Positions 42,888 to 53,339 of a stretch of 64,000 nt of DNA are shown one piece after another. The notes below the pieces were generated by a model, which was not told the DNA's origin, searched no databases, and saw only the letters and a program-made list of their open reading frames with translations. The translations under genes and the position numbers were made by a program. Origin of the DNA: an uncultured Chlamydiae bacterium (lineage in GTDB: Bacteria; Chlamydiota; Chlamydiia; Chlamydiales; SM23-39); NCBI GenBank assembly GCA_963828125.1, contig CAWHDP010000002.1, forward strand, positions 1,440,001-1,504,000. Direction: 5' to 3'. The number at the start of each line of letters is the position of its first letter. The stretch's first letter is position 1.

Positions 42888-43793
42888 TCAACGGATTTTG
42901 AGAGCTACCTTAGCGGAGAGACCTGGTTTTAAGGGAGCGCCGCTATTTTCAATGGAAATTTTGATAGGAACCGATATTTTTTCAAGGGAAAAGGGGAGTT
43001 GAGTATTTTTTGCCACTGTGGCAGAGCCGATATAGGTGACCTGTCCGACGAATTTTTTTTGGGGGTAGGCATTTAGTCGGATCGAGGCTGGGGTGCCGAT
43101 AGAGATCTGTCCGATTGCGGTTTCTGGGACCTCGGCCTCGATCCAGAGGCGCTCGAGATCGCAGAGGGTATAGATTGGATCGCCGAAGGAGACAACCGCC
43201 CCCTCATTGGCAAAGCGTTTGAGGATGACCCCGTCGAACGGAGCGGGGAAGGAGGTTTTTTTGAAGTCTTTTTCGAAGAGAGCGAGCTCTTTTTTCAAGC
43301 TTTCAGATTTGGCAGCGGCCTCTTCCGACTTGAGTTGGGCCTCTTCCAGGAAACCCAGCTGTTTTTGGATATTTTCCGCCGTTCCGGCGCCAGCATCCAA
43401 TTCAGCGATAGCCACCATGGCTTGATTGATTTTCTCCTTTTCGAATTCGAGCTCTTTATTGAGAGCTTCGAGGGCCGATTTGGTTTGAGTCTGTTTAGCG
43501 ATCAGCAGATTTTGATCTAAGGAGAAGAGAGGGGCCCCCTTTTTGATTCGGTCGCCCTCTTGAGGGCCCATTTCGGCGATACGGCCGGCGGCGTCGCTAT
43601 GGAGAACGGAGGAGAAAGCGTTGAGATGAGCGGAAGGGATCCAGAGGTAGGGGCGAACGTTGTGATACCAATAGGCAAAGGCGGTCGAAAAAAGGAGTAA
43701 GGCCAAAAGGGCAAAAAACCGGAGAGACAAGAGGGCCTTCCAATGGAGATTTGGGAGGCTAATGACGATCTTTTTTTGTTCGAGGCTTTGCAT
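42888..43793 (-). CDS. HlyD/EmrA-family efflux periplasmic adaptor
   Basis: One TM, lipoyl-like GDRIKKGAPLF, coiled coil, APFDG and LKPGLS. Confidence 0.88.
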   Translation of the reverse strand: MQSLEQKKIVISLPNLHWKALLSLRFFALLALLLFSTAFAYWYHNVRPYLWIPSAHLNAFSSVLHSDAAGRIAEMGPQEGDRIKKGAPLFSLDQNLLIAKQTQTKSALEALNKELEFEKEKINQAMVAIAELDAGAGTAENIQKQLGFLEEAQLKSEEAAAKSESLKKELALFEKDFKKTSFPAPFDGVILKRFANEGAVVSFGDPIYTLCDLERLWIEAEVPETAIGQISIGTPASIRLNAYPQKKFVGQVTYIGSATVAKNTQLPFSLEKISVPIKISIENSGAPLKPGLSAKVALKIR

Positions 43794-43814
43794 GATTCAA
43801 AGGATAAGGAAAAG

Positions 43815-45044
43815 TCAACGATGTTTCAAGGTAAAATAGTAAATCGCGGCTGCGGCAAGGCACGTTCCTGCGGCGAAAAGGAAAGGGAGCTGCAGAGAGT
43901 ATTGGAAAGCGATCCCTCCGACTGCGGGGCCGATGGCCATGGCGAAGGATTGGAGAGATTGGCTCACTCCCAAGATTTTCCCCTGCATTTGTTTTGGGGA
44001 GATGCTGGAGATGAGACCTGTGCAAATCGGCCAAGCCAGGCCGCCTAAGATGACGGATAAGCCGACGATGGCCAAGACGAAATAGATTTTGTCTGGAACA
44101 ATCACTAAGCCGCAAAGGATGGTGAATCCGACTAGGCAGACCTCGAGGATGCGCATTGATTGGAATCTGCTGGCGAGAAATTTGTTCAAGTATCCGGAGC
44201 CGATCGCCCAGCAGATTCCCATAAAGAGGGCGAGATCTCCGATATTCGAGCTCGTGAAGAAGAATTTTTCAACGGTGAGGACGGGAATGAATTGGAAAAG
44301 GATGACCCAGGCGAAGAGGAAGAGGAAATAGACTGCGTAGATTCTTTTGATGTTTTCAGTTTTCAGGGCGAGTTGGATATGGCGAAACGATTCGAAAAAG
44401 TGGAATCTGACCGAAGGGTGGACGACCGAAGTCTCTCTGAATCCGAAGACGACGAACAAGAGATTGAGGAAAGTGAGGGAAGCGGCGATCCAAAGAGGGA
44501 GGTTGGGAGAAAAATAGGAACTCAGAGTGCTATCTGAGAGTTTGCCGCCGAAAAAGGCCCCTACGAGGAAAGCGACCCCTGCGACCATGGAGAGGTAGCC
44601 GAAATTTTTGACTTTGACCGTCTCATTATCGCTTAAGTCGGAGATGCAGCTTAAGCAGATAGTTGTGCTGCTGGCAAAAAGGCCTGTGATCAGCCGTCCC
44701 GCAAAGAGGAGAGCGAGGAGATTGAGTTGGACGGCATACGCGCTTAGAGAGAGGCCGATCAAGGTGAAGAAGACCCCGATCATCAATGCCTTTCTTCGGC
44801 CGTGCTTATCGGCGTATTCTCCCATGAGCGGGGCTCCCAAAAATTGACCAAAGGAGAACGCCATGAGGAAGAAGCCCAAAAGCATCGTCCGGGTTCCGGT
44901 TGGGACGTCTGCGCTAAAGACTAGGTTTCCTGGGTCTAGAAAATAGGGGGCGAAAATGGGGAAGACCACCGCCCAGCTGAGATTATCGATGAAAAAAGTC
45001 AGGTAGACCGAGATCAGAGTGAATTTATTTTTTTTAACAGTCAT
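43815..45044 (-). CDS. MFS transporter (TetA/DHA1-like)
   Basis: GEYADKHGRRK and GRLITG, about 12 TM segments; ATGA overlap with ung. Confidence 0.9.
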   Translation of the reverse strand: MTVKKNKFTLISVYLTFFIDNLSWAVVFPIFAPYFLDPGNLVFSADVPTGTRTMLLGFFLMAFSFGQFLGAPLMGEYADKHGRRKALMIGVFFTLIGLSLSAYAVQLNLLALLFAGRLITGLFASSTTICLSCISDLSDNETVKVKNFGYLSMVAGVAFLVGAFFGGKLSDSTLSSYFSPNLPLWIAASLTFLNLLFVVFGFRETSVVHPSVRFHFFESFRHIQLALKTENIKRIYAVYFLFLFAWVILFQFIPVLTVEKFFFTSSNIGDLALFMGICWAIGSGYLNKFLASRFQSMRILEVCLVGFTILCGLVIVPDKIYFVLAIVGLSVILGGLAWPICTGLISSISPKQMQGKILGVSQSLQSFAMAIGPAVGGIAFQYSLQLPFLFAAGTCLAAAAIYYFTLKHR

Positions 45045-45742
45045 GACCGGATGGCCCAATCGATGGGGCTTTTACCGTGTTTTTTTAAAAAATCGTTGGT
45101 TTTAGAGAAGTGGCGACACCCCAAAAAGCCTGTATGTGCTGAAAAGGGGGAAGGGTGAGGCGCTGTTAAGACGAGATGGCGAGACGAATGGGAACCGATG
45201 TGTTCGAATTTTTCGGCAGCCGACCTGCCCCAAAGGATAAAGACGATGGGATCTGGGCGGGAGCAGAGGAGCTGAACGACCCTGTCGGTAAAGAGTTCCC
45301 AGCCCTTGCCGAAGTGAGATTTTGGCTCGCCGGAGCGGACAGTCAGCGTCGCATTGAGAAGCAAGACCCCTTGTTTGGCCCAATCGATCAGGCAGCCATG
45401 GGTAGGCGGAGGGACGCCGAGATCGTCTCTGAGTTCTTTAAAAATATTTTGGAGGGACGGCGGAGGGGCGATCCCCTTTGGGACACTGAAGGAAAGGCCA
45501 TGGGCCTGGCCCGCTCCGTGGTAGGGATCTTGGCCCATGATGAGAACCTTGACCGCATCGAACGGCGTTTGGCAAAAGGCGTTGAAAATCAGCTCGAACG
45601 GGGGATAGATTTCGTAGCCCGCCTTGATTTCTGAGGCGAGGAACGATTCGAGAGCTTGGATATAGGGCTTCTCGAACTCATCTGAGAGTTTTTGAAGCCA
45701 GGAAGCCTCCATGAAAGCGATTTTTTCAGTGACCAGTGCCAT
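45041..45742 (-). CDS. ung: Uracil-DNA glycosylase (family 1)
   Basis: GQDPYH, GLSFS, PPSL, GVLLLN and HPSP. Confidence 0.96.
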   Translation of the reverse strand: MALVTEKIAFMEASWLQKLSDEFEKPYIQALESFLASEIKAGYEIYPPFELIFNAFCQTPFDAVKVLIMGQDPYHGAGQAHGLSFSVPKGIAPPPSLQNIFKELRDDLGVPPPTHGCLIDWAKQGVLLLNATLTVRSGEPKSHFGKGWELFTDRVVQLLCSRPDPIVFILWGRSAAEKFEHIGSHSSRHLVLTAPHPSPFSAHTGFLGCRHFSKTNDFLKKHGKSPIDWAIRS

Positions 45743-45847
45743 CGTTCAGATGAGCTTAACAGCGAAGCTTTTTTTCAGCAAAGAGATCGATGCCTTGACA
45801 GAAAGAAATCTGAACGACTACTATTTACACTTTTCACGGAGCTTCAT

Positions 45848-46135
45848 TTGAAAAACCTGGCAGAAAACAATTTGATCCGATTTACCAACATAACGCGGAA
45901 GAAAGACGCGATTTTTGCGAATTTCAGGGTGAAAGGGCTGAGGAACGGAGTGGTTTTTTCGGCGTCGATTTCGGTCGATATCACAGCGCTAGAGCTCCAT
46001 CCTGGAGACACGTTGGAAAAGATCGTTGAAGAATGCGCTCGCCACGGGGTCAAAGAATTCAAGAAGTCCGAGATTCAATTTGAAGGACTCGCAGCAGCAA
46101 TGTCCGATCATCTGGGTGTAGCGCAGCTTGGCTAG
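45848..46135 (+). CDS. Small hypothetical protein whose 3' end overlaps tRNA-Pro
   Basis: TTG start (MKNLAENNLIRF...). The TAG stop at 46133-46135 lies within the tRNA. Confidence 0.6.
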   Translation: MKNLAENNLIRFTNITRKKDAIFANFRVKGLRNGVVFSASISVDITALELHPGDTLEKIVEECARHGVKEFKKSEIQFEGLAAAMSDHLGVAQLG

Positions 46136-46186
46136 CGCGTTTGCATGGGGTGCAAGAGGTCGGAGGTTCAAATCCTCTCACCCAGA
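46112..46186 (+). tRNA. tRNA-Pro (GGG)
   Basis: Acceptor stem CTGGGTG/CACCCAG, D-arm GCGC/GCGC, anticodon loop ATGGGGT, T-arm GGAGG-TTCAAAT-CCTCT; CCA not encoded. Confidence 0.95.
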
Positions 46187-46249
46187 TTCTTTTTTATTAG
46201 GGAGTTACGATAAATCTCGCATTCAAAAAATATCCGAAAAATCGCTTGC

Positions 46250-46268
46250 GTGGCGGATATGTGGCGGA
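46250..46268. repeat. Tandem GTGGCGGA direct repeat; candidate integrase arm-binding sites
   Basis: GTGGCGGA-TAT-GTGGCGGA, 64 bp downstream of the tRNA. Confidence 0.55.
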
Positions 46269-46329
46269 CAGATCCTCGATCGTTAAAGACCTACCTTTGC
46301 GATATGCTTCCTCTACCCATTATTTGAAA

Positions 46330-47013
46330 TTACAACGCCTCTTCCAACAGCTGTCCATTTTCCTTTAGCCAGTCCCTTGCCTTGTCGACATTCGCGATTT
46401 GGGAGCGAACGATGTTCCAGAAGCGGGGTGTGTGGTTTGCCTCGATAAAGTGAGCGAGTTCGTGGATGATAACGTAGTCGATAACAAACATGGGAGCTTT
46501 GATTAGTCTCCAGTTGAGGTTGATGTTATCATTCACTGTGCATGAACCCCAACGGTAGCGCTCATCGACAATCTTGACCTGGGCGACGTCAACACCCAAA
46601 TGAGCAGCATATCGCTTTACGCGTGGAGCGAGCTTCTCTTTAGCCCTACTAATATACCATCCCCGTAATGGCTCGATTCCACTTTTTGCTAGAGCTTCCG
46701 GGATCAAGAAGCGCTGAGAGAATCGAATGTGAGATCGTTTGCCTCTAACTATCTCGATGCGGTAGAAACGGCCCAAATAGAGGGCCGATTCTCCATTGAC
46801 GAGCTCCTTGCCGGGGCCGTGCGGCAGCCTCTGATATTTCTGCGGATGCGTAATCTTTTCACAAATCCACTTCTGCTTCGACTGCACAATTTGATCGATG
46901 TCATGGTCTGTTATTCCTTCTGGAACATGAATTATTACACTGCTGTCTCGCTCGACGGTAATGGTCAACTTGCGTCGCTTTGCGGATCGGACAACCGTGT
47001 AGTTGAAATTCAT
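46330..47013 (-). CDS. YgjP/DUF45 (M48-like) zinc metallo-hydrolase associated with type I R-M
   Basis: RWGSC, LNWRL and DYVIIHELAH..NHTPRFW; ATGA overlap with hsdR. Confidence 0.9.
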   Translation of the reverse strand: MNFNYTVVRSAKRRKLTITVERDSSVIIHVPEGITDHDIDQIVQSKQKWICEKITHPQKYQRLPHGPGKELVNGESALYLGRFYRIEIVRGKRSHIRFSQRFLIPEALAKSGIEPLRGWYISRAKEKLAPRVKRYAAHLGVDVAQVKIVDERYRWGSCTVNDNINLNWRLIKAPMFVIDYVIIHELAHFIEANHTPRFWNIVRSQIANVDKARDWLKENGQLLEEAL

Positions 47014-50000
47014 GGGGATTTCTCCGCGTAGAGGATAGTATCGTTATTCTTTTCCGCGATTTCCATAATTCGACTCAAAATATGTGTCCATTTTTCGAAG
47101 ATACTGGGGAGGTCCTTAAATTCTTGTGCGAGCAGAGTTTTCTGTACTTCTCCCTTTAGCTTATTGCGGGCAGGGATGCTCTCCCAGAATCCTTGTAGTC
47201 TAAGCTCGCGCTCCACGATGATGTAGACGTGTTGGGTCAGCCTGACGAGCATGGAAATGTCATCTTCCGTGAGAGCCTCTTCACCAAATAGCTCTCGTTT
47301 GAACATTCTGAAAAAAGGCATCTCTTTCTTGCGATGAAGTCCATAAGTGGGTTCTTTTGCAGTTCTTTTGATCTCTTCCCGTAGCTTTTCCAGCTCCTCA
47401 TATATCGCTTGCCAGTTGTTCTTAAATTGTTCAAGAATTGCTGCGAGCGCCTCAGAAAAGGTCGCTTGTAACTCGGGGTCGTCATCCAGCTCCACTTCAA
47501 GATGATGACGGATCGCGTGTTCGATCTCAGCTGCCTTGGTTTTAATGCGGTCGTGGGCGTTCACCTGCTTTTGGAAGTCGACGTCGAGAATGGAAATGGG
47601 TTCCACTGTCTGCTCGATGCCCCTAGACACCAGATAGTCATCAATGAGGGCGCGCAACTTGGCTGGGATGCCCTTCATGCTGAGTCGCTGGTCGCGGAGG
47701 TGTTTGCCAGCCATCATATTGATCTCGGCGAGGGCTTGATACTCCCTCATATACTCAAGCGCTTGAGGGGCTGGAAATACAAGATTCAAGTGTCGTGTTA
47801 ATTCCCTAAACCGCTCCATATAGGCGAATCGGATGTCTTCATCGTAGAAGAGGTCGAAGAAGGCGTCATGATCGGTAAGATCGGTGAGTCCGTGTTCTTT
47901 CAGAAAAGCTATTACAGCGTTGCGACTATCTGCTAGTTGGTGCAGCTCCTCTTGAGGAGAGCTCATGGCGTCTAATATTTCTTTCTGCTCTCTTTCGTCA
48001 TAGCAATCGATCGCTCGTTTTAGGTGATGTCCCACCCCGACGTAATCGACGACAAGACCTTTGTCTTTCCCTGGACCAGCGACCCGGTTAACGCGTGCAA
48101 TCGCCTGCAATAAATTATGAGCTGTGATCGTTTTGTCTAGATACATGACTTGCTCAACGGGTGCATCGAAACCTGTTAGCAGCATGCTATTGACGATTAG
48201 GATTCCTATATTGCCAGTTATCCCGTCCTCTTTGCTACCAAAAGACATCTTAAAGCTTTTGATGCTGGTTTCATGTTTAGAGGGGTCGGTAAACGGCTTT
48301 AGGTCTGGTCCATCATTGGTGCTACCTGAGATTATGACATCAGTCTGTAGAGAACGAAGAAGATCGAGATCCAGCTTACGGGGGTTCTGTTGTTCAAGCC
48401 TTTCGAGTGACTTCGCTAACGCTGCGTCGACATGCTTCTTGTAACGAACAGCAGCCTCACGTGAGGCAGCGACGATTTGCGCTTTGAATTTATTGGGAAA
48501 GACGTGATCGAGGTAGTGGCCTACCATATGTTCTGCTTTCGCTGCGATTGTCTTGTGTGCTTCTAGATAAGCCAGTTTTGACCCATAGCCAAGAATCTGC
48601 ATTCTCTGATCGATGTTGTAATCGCTGAAAACATCTTCGAACGCCGCATCCATCGCTTCAGGATCAGGAACCTCTGCATTATTTGTCTGTCCTTCATAGA
48701 TAACCTCGAGAGTTACTCCGTCATCAATTGCTTGACGCATGGTATACTTATCGATGTAGTCACCGAAAACTTTCTCGGTCTTGTCTATGGGAGTTCCGGT
48801 ATACGCGATATGAGAAGCATAGGGGATCGCGTTTGCCAGGTTGGCCCGAAGTGTTAGGTACTGTGACCGATGCGCTTCGTCTGTCATGACTAGAATATGT
48901 GAACTTTCATTCAGTCTTGGGAAGGTGTAGTTCAGATCTGCTTCCCGGAATTTGTGAATCATCGCCATCACTAGGTCTGACGTATCGCTCCTCAGGAGAT
49001 CTTTGAGCTCCTTGATGCTGTTGGCCTGTTTGACAGTGAAGCCAATGCTTTTGCTGGTATCCTTCAGCTGCCCTTCGAGCTGCGTCCGGTCGGTGATAAA
49101 GACAATCTTCCAATGGGAGAGGTTGGAGTGTCGGTACATCTCCCGTACCATGAACATCATCGTGAGCGACTTGCCAGAGCCTTGAGTATGCCACACGATC
49201 CCGCTGCGCTCCATGGGACTCTGACCAGTTAGCAAGCGTTTGACAGCTAATTTGACAGCGCGGAACTGCTGATAGCGTCCGACGATTTTGATCATTTCAC
49301 CCTTATCATTAGTCGAAAAAAGGGTGAATGTCCGGATTAGATCGAGCAGGTTCTGGTGGTCCAGCATCCCTGCGACGAGTCGTTGCTGGTCGTTGGGACT
49401 ACTCACACCGCGAGCCAAATCGTCGAGTGTGCGCGGGTATGGATCTGCCCAGCGGTAAAAGTACTTTTCACTGTGGGTGGTAATTGTTCCAAACTTGGCT
49501 TCATTGCGGCAGGTTACGACTACAAACTGATTATAGAAAAAGAGAAGAGGAGATCCTTCGCCCTTGTTGTTTCGTTGCTCGCTATACCGCAAGAGCTGGT
49601 CTATCGCTTCTGGAATGGGCTCTTTGACTTTGGGCGATTTACATTCGATCACGACGACCGGCAGTCCATTGATAAACAATACGATGTCGGGAATAATGTG
49701 GTGTTCCGTGCCGAGAATTCGGATCTTGTATTGGCAGACGGCGATGAAGCTATTCTTCTTGGGATTAGTAAAGTCAATAAAGCGTACTGTTGGGCTTTTT
49801 TCTCCCGTTTTACGGTTCTCACTTACATTGCTATTTTCGAGCAATAGATCAAACACTTGTCGATTATTCTCCAGGAGACCTGCCTGCATAAAGTTGGCCG
49901 TGAGCTGGCGAATGACTTCATCGAGCTGATCTTCTGCTAGCCAGGGATTGATGACCTTAAGCTGATCGCGCAGTACCGGCTCCATGATCACCTCGGTAAA

Positions 50001-50147
50001 TGATTGGCGATAGGTGTCGCTAACTTCCTGTTTCTGATCGAGATCAAGAACCGTCCAACCCAATCCTTGGAGCTGTTCTAGTAGGGGCTTCTCTACATGG
50101 TTGCGCTCATCAATTCTGATGTATTCCGGCGTTTTATCTTTAGTCAT
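47010..50147 (-). CDS. hsdR: Type I restriction endonuclease subunit R
   Basis: PDIVLFINGLPVVVIECK, HTQGSGKS, DEAHRSQ, TGTP, MLLTGFDAP and QAIARVNR. Confidence 0.96.
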   Translation of the reverse strand: MTKDKTPEYIRIDERNHVEKPLLEQLQGLGWTVLDLDQKQEVSDTYRQSFTEVIMEPVLRDQLKVINPWLAEDQLDEVIRQLTANFMQAGLLENNRQVFDLLLENSNVSENRKTGEKSPTVRFIDFTNPKKNSFIAVCQYKIRILGTEHHIIPDIVLFINGLPVVVIECKSPKVKEPIPEAIDQLLRYSEQRNNKGEGSPLLFFYNQFVVVTCRNEAKFGTITTHSEKYFYRWADPYPRTLDDLARGVSSPNDQQRLVAGMLDHQNLLDLIRTFTLFSTNDKGEMIKIVGRYQQFRAVKLAVKRLLTGQSPMERSGIVWHTQGSGKSLTMMFMVREMYRHSNLSHWKIVFITDRTQLEGQLKDTSKSIGFTVKQANSIKELKDLLRSDTSDLVMAMIHKFREADLNYTFPRLNESSHILVMTDEAHRSQYLTLRANLANAIPYASHIAYTGTPIDKTEKVFGDYIDKYTMRQAIDDGVTLEVIYEGQTNNAEVPDPEAMDAAFEDVFSDYNIDQRMQILGYGSKLAYLEAHKTIAAKAEHMVGHYLDHVFPNKFKAQIVAASREAAVRYKKHVDAALAKSLERLEQQNPRKLDLDLLRSLQTDVIISGSTNDGPDLKPFTDPSKHETSIKSFKMSFGSKEDGITGNIGILIVNSMLLTGFDAPVEQVMYLDKTITAHNLLQAIARVNRVAGPGKDKGLVVDYVGVGHHLKRAIDCYDEREQKEILDAMSSPQEELHQLADSRNAVIAFLKEHGLTDLTDHDAFFDLFYDEDIRFAYMERFRELTRHLNLVFPAPQALEYMREYQALAEINMMAGKHLRDQRLSMKGIPAKLRALIDDYLVSRGIEQTVEPISILDVDFQKQVNAHDRIKTKAAEIEHAIRHHLEVELDDDPELQATFSEALAAILEQFKNNWQAIYEELEKLREEIKRTAKEPTYGLHRKKEMPFFRMFKRELFGEEALTEDDISMLVRLTQHVYIIVERELRLQGFWESIPARNKLKGEVQKTLLAQEFKDLPSIFEKWTHILSRIMEIAEKNNDTILYAEKSP

Positions 50148-52020
50148 GAGGTTTTTCTATATTCTGTGTCGGCGTCCGTACCGTCCGGTATGCTTGATCT
50201 ACTCGATTGGGTTTGTCGGGATAGCGCAGTTCAAGTCGACCATGTTCAACCATAGGCGTCAAAAATCGCGTTAGTATTCCTTCGTGATTTCGGTTTATAA
50301 GTTCAGCGATCTGACGTCTAGTAAGCCAATGGTCTTTGCAAATATTTAGTATAATTTTTTCCATCTCCTTGTGATTCAGTTGTTTAGAATTTCTTGCCGG
50401 AGACGCGATATTTTCGAGTTGGGTCCAGAGCTCCTGAGGAATCTCACCCACCTGTAGGGAGTCAGATCCCGAATGTAGGGAGTGATCAGGTACATGTAGG
50501 GAGTCAGATCCCGGATGTAGGGAGTCGATATCTAGGGGCAGTGAGTATTGCGTCCAGCGCCCTTGGCCATCCTGTCGTAGAGCCCCTTGAGCGACCAGCC
50601 CCTGGAGAATCTTAGTGATATCAGCAGCGTGGAGACCGGTAAATTGGCGCATACGCGCGTTATCCACATAACCCTCGATATCCGCAGTTACTAGAGCTTG
50701 TACCTCAACTTTCCGAAATTTTGAGAACCTATCGCCAAATTTAATTTTGAGTTTGTTTAGGGATTTATCTGGAATAAGACTTATCATCGGAAGCGTCCAA
50801 ATCACTCGATCCGGATGCATCCGTTCTCTGACAATTGGCAAACGCCAGTGTTGTGAATTCCAACCGGCTTTGATTTTATCGATCCCCGATCCAGCTCGTT
50901 CAGCAGCGCCAATCATTGTAAACATGAGCTGTAAGGATTTATTTCTGCATTCGCTAACACCCCCTTCAAGGATCTGATCAAAGGAAATGAGCAGAGAGCC
51001 CGGATTTGAGAATTCGAAATGATCGGGATATTTTTCGATGACAATGCCACCTTGCCCTTGGTAATCAGCATGGATGAGAGCATTTACAAGAGCTTCTCTG
51101 ATTGCCACATGGACAATCGATTCTCCTTTGCGCATCATATCCCTATCCAATTCAAAAGGAAGTTTCAGATCTGCGGCCAACTTTTGAATCACCCGGTGGT
51201 AGAATTGATAGAGATTGCCTGGCCATGTCCCATCTTGAGTAAGCCGATCTGTCCAGCGAATTGCAGGATCAAGAGACAACCTTTCACGAAAATCGGTCTG
51301 ATATTGCGGCATAGCCTCACGAATGGTCTCATCCCGCCCAAACATCAGAAGCCCTGCAATGGTAAGGCCTTCAATGCCACTTTTGCGACACTCCCGCCAG
51401 CCATTGAGCTTCTTAAGTAGACCTATATCGTCATCTGCTAGCCAGGGATGACTAGGATGACGCGAAGAGAGGCGGTTTCGGTACTGATGAAGACTTTGAA
51501 GATCAAGGTCACCAATAGTGAATTTTTCGAGAATGCAGCTATCCGCCGATTCCTCTGAACTATCGGCCAGCATGCGACGCACCTCCCGTTCTGTGCAGTG
51601 ATAATCACCTTCATAGTCGCGGCGATAGGTACCAGTTAAGGGATTTTGTCCAACGTATACAGGACGCGCTCGACGATCTGCACGAGGAATGCGGATAGCG
51701 ATTAGGTCGCCATGAGGATGTTTGACGACCTGTAGATCGGCGTTAGACAACAGATTAATGTTTACGACTTGTCGGTTGTTGACAGAGTCCCAAAATTGCT
51801 TTTTAGTCTTTTCGATATGATCGATTCCATGAACCGAGCCATCATCTGCTACCCCGAGCAGAATCACTCCACCTTGCGTATTAGCCATGGCACTATAAGT
51901 TTCCCAGAGATCGCGGGGAACGCCGCTTTTGGCTGACTTAAATTCTAGGTCTTCGTTCTCGCTCCAAGTGAGTTTAGCAAGAATTTCAATGGGATTGATG
52001 GTGTTCTCTTCTTGTGTCAT
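50140..52020 (-). CDS. Schlafen/AlbA_2 + HATPase_c_4 (RecG-C-like) + wHTH protein
   Basis: ENEDLEFKSA..ETYSAMANTQGGVILLGV, AIREALVNALIHADY, FSNPG, RN..L..MF..IGAAERAGSGI and a C-terminal HTH. Confidence 0.88.
   Translation of the reverse strand: MTQEENTINPIEILAKLTWSENEDLEFKSAKSGVPRDLWETYSAMANTQGGVILLGVADDGSVHGIDHIEKTKKQFWDSVNNRQVVNINLLSNADLQVVKHPHGDLIAIRIPRADRRARPVYVGQNPLTGTYRRDYEGDYHCTEREVRRMLADSSEESADSCILEKFTIGDLDLQSLHQYRNRLSSRHPSHPWLADDDIGLLKKLNGWRECRKSGIEGLTIAGLLMFGRDETIREAMPQYQTDFRERLSLDPAIRWTDRLTQDGTWPGNLYQFYHRVIQKLAADLKLPFELDRDMMRKGESIVHVAIREALVNALIHADYQGQGGIVIEKYPDHFEFSNPGSLLISFDQILEGGVSECRNKSLQLMFTMIGAAERAGSGIDKIKAGWNSQHWRLPIVRERMHPDRVIWTLPMISLIPDKSLNKLKIKFGDRFSKFRKVEVQALVTADIEGYVDNARMRQFTGLHAADITKILQGLVAQGALRQDGQGRWTQYSLPLDIDSLHPGSDSLHVPDHSLHSGSDSLQVGEIPQELWTQLENIASPARNSKQLNHKEMEKIILNICKDHWLTRRQIAELINRNHEGILTRFLTPMVEHGRLELRYPDKPNRVDQAYRTVRTPTQNIEKPHD
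50452..50527 (-). repeat. 21-bp (7-aa) coding tandem repeat, ~3.5 copies
   Basis: DSLHPGS-DSLHVPD-HSLHSGS-DSLQ; TGTAGGGAGT recurs every 21 bp. Confidence 0.75.
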
Positions 52021-53339
52021 GCGTTTATCATCTCTTTTTCATGTAGCAGCGCTGTAACCCGTTTACGGCCAGTTAGCAAATCTTGCATGAGGGCGGTTTT
52101 GAGGGCGCGGAGCTTATAATGGGAAGTTTTAAGTTCATGCATACTGCTGTTGATCTTTTTTATGATTGATTTGATACGAGATTGTTCTGCAATAGGTGGT
52201 TTTGGAAAGATGAGTTGTTTAATGATGGATGCACTAATTTTGACCATACTCTCAGACGTACCTGTCGCTGCATTCTTAATTTGTTGACGAATGATGGAAG
52301 AACTAAACAATTGCTCCATGTATTCTGGAATGACAGTTGGACAGAATTGCAGGCGCATAATTAAATCTGGGTATATGCATAGTTCGCCTATATCTTTAAA
52401 AATTCCAACTAAGCCCACTAATTCGCGAGTGTTAGCACGGCTGATTAGAAAATCACCGTCCGCTAAGCGTGCTGTCTCTATCCGCATATCTTCATAGGGT
52501 GCATATTTGAGCTGTTTTGGTTGGAAACCTTCGGGGGTCAGACAACCGAGTCCTAGCATATAAATGCCGTTCCAATCTGGCGATTCAATAGGTGAGTAGC
52601 CGTTCTTTGGGTTGCATTTTAAAACAGTCTTAATAGAAATGACCTCCCACTCAACCGGTATCTTGCCTAATAGCGAGTCTTTGAACTGATGGGTCTTTTC
52701 GGAGCGGAGGTTGCCCTGTTCGTCTACGCCACGCGTCAGCAGGTCGTACATCAGACCAGACTTGATAGATTGTTGCTTTGCGATCAAAGCTTCGGTTTGC
52801 TCGATGGCTCGATCGATCATCGAGAGGATGTGCGCAATTTTGCGCTGCTCAGTTAATGAACGAGGTAAATCTACAATTAACCCTCTAATAAAGTTGGATT
52901 TTAGGCCAGGTTGGGCTGACCCCGAAATTTGAGATCGAATCTGATATTGTCCTGGCTGAGAAAGCAAAGAATAGTAAAGATACTTTTGTATAATGCGATT
53001 TTTTTGGCCTCTGAGTAGGAATAGATGCTCATTGATACATGCGGGGCTTAAGTCAACTTCGTAGCAGCCCACCTTCCCGGTTTGTGCACCGTCTTTATTG
53101 ATAAGCACATCATCTTTCTCCAAGTGTCCTTTTGACATTCGCTTATAAAATTCACTGGGTATCAATTTTACGTCATTGAGTTTGACCCTGCCAGATAATG
53201 TCAGATTTTCGCCTCCAAGGCTAGGAATGTCACCGGTTTCCGTCGAGACTCCTCCTTTTGGGCGTGCTCCGCTTTGTATTGCCGCAATCAGCTGATCTAG
53301 AGAACTTCTATCCCACCCGTCAAGTACAATCGTCATCAT
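52017..53339 (-). CDS. hsdS: Type I R-M specificity subunit
   Basis: Two TRDs with conserved helices EQRKIAHIL...[12 protein letters not shown] and PPIAEQSRI...[12 protein letters not shown]. Confidence 0.93.
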   Translation of the reverse strand: MMTIVLDGWDRSSLDQLIAAIQSGARPKGGVSTETGDIPSLGGENLTLSGRVKLNDVKLIPSEFYKRMSKGHLEKDDVLINKDGAQTGKVGCYEVDLSPACINEHLFLLRGQKNRIIQKYLYYSLLSQPGQYQIRSQISGSAQPGLKSNFIRGLIVDLPRSLTEQRKIAHILSMIDRAIEQTEALIAKQQSIKSGLMYDLLTRGVDEQGNLRSEKTHQFKDSLLGKIPVEWEVISIKTVLKCNPKNGYSPIESPDWNGIYMLGLGCLTPEGFQPKQLKYAPYEDMRIETARLADGDFLISRANTRELVGLVGIFKDIGELCIYPDLIMRLQFCPTVIPEYMEQLFSSSIIRQQIKNAATGTSESMVKISASIIKQLIFPKPPIAEQSRIKSIIKKINSSMHELKTSHYKLRALKTALMQDLLTGRKRVTALLHEKEMINA

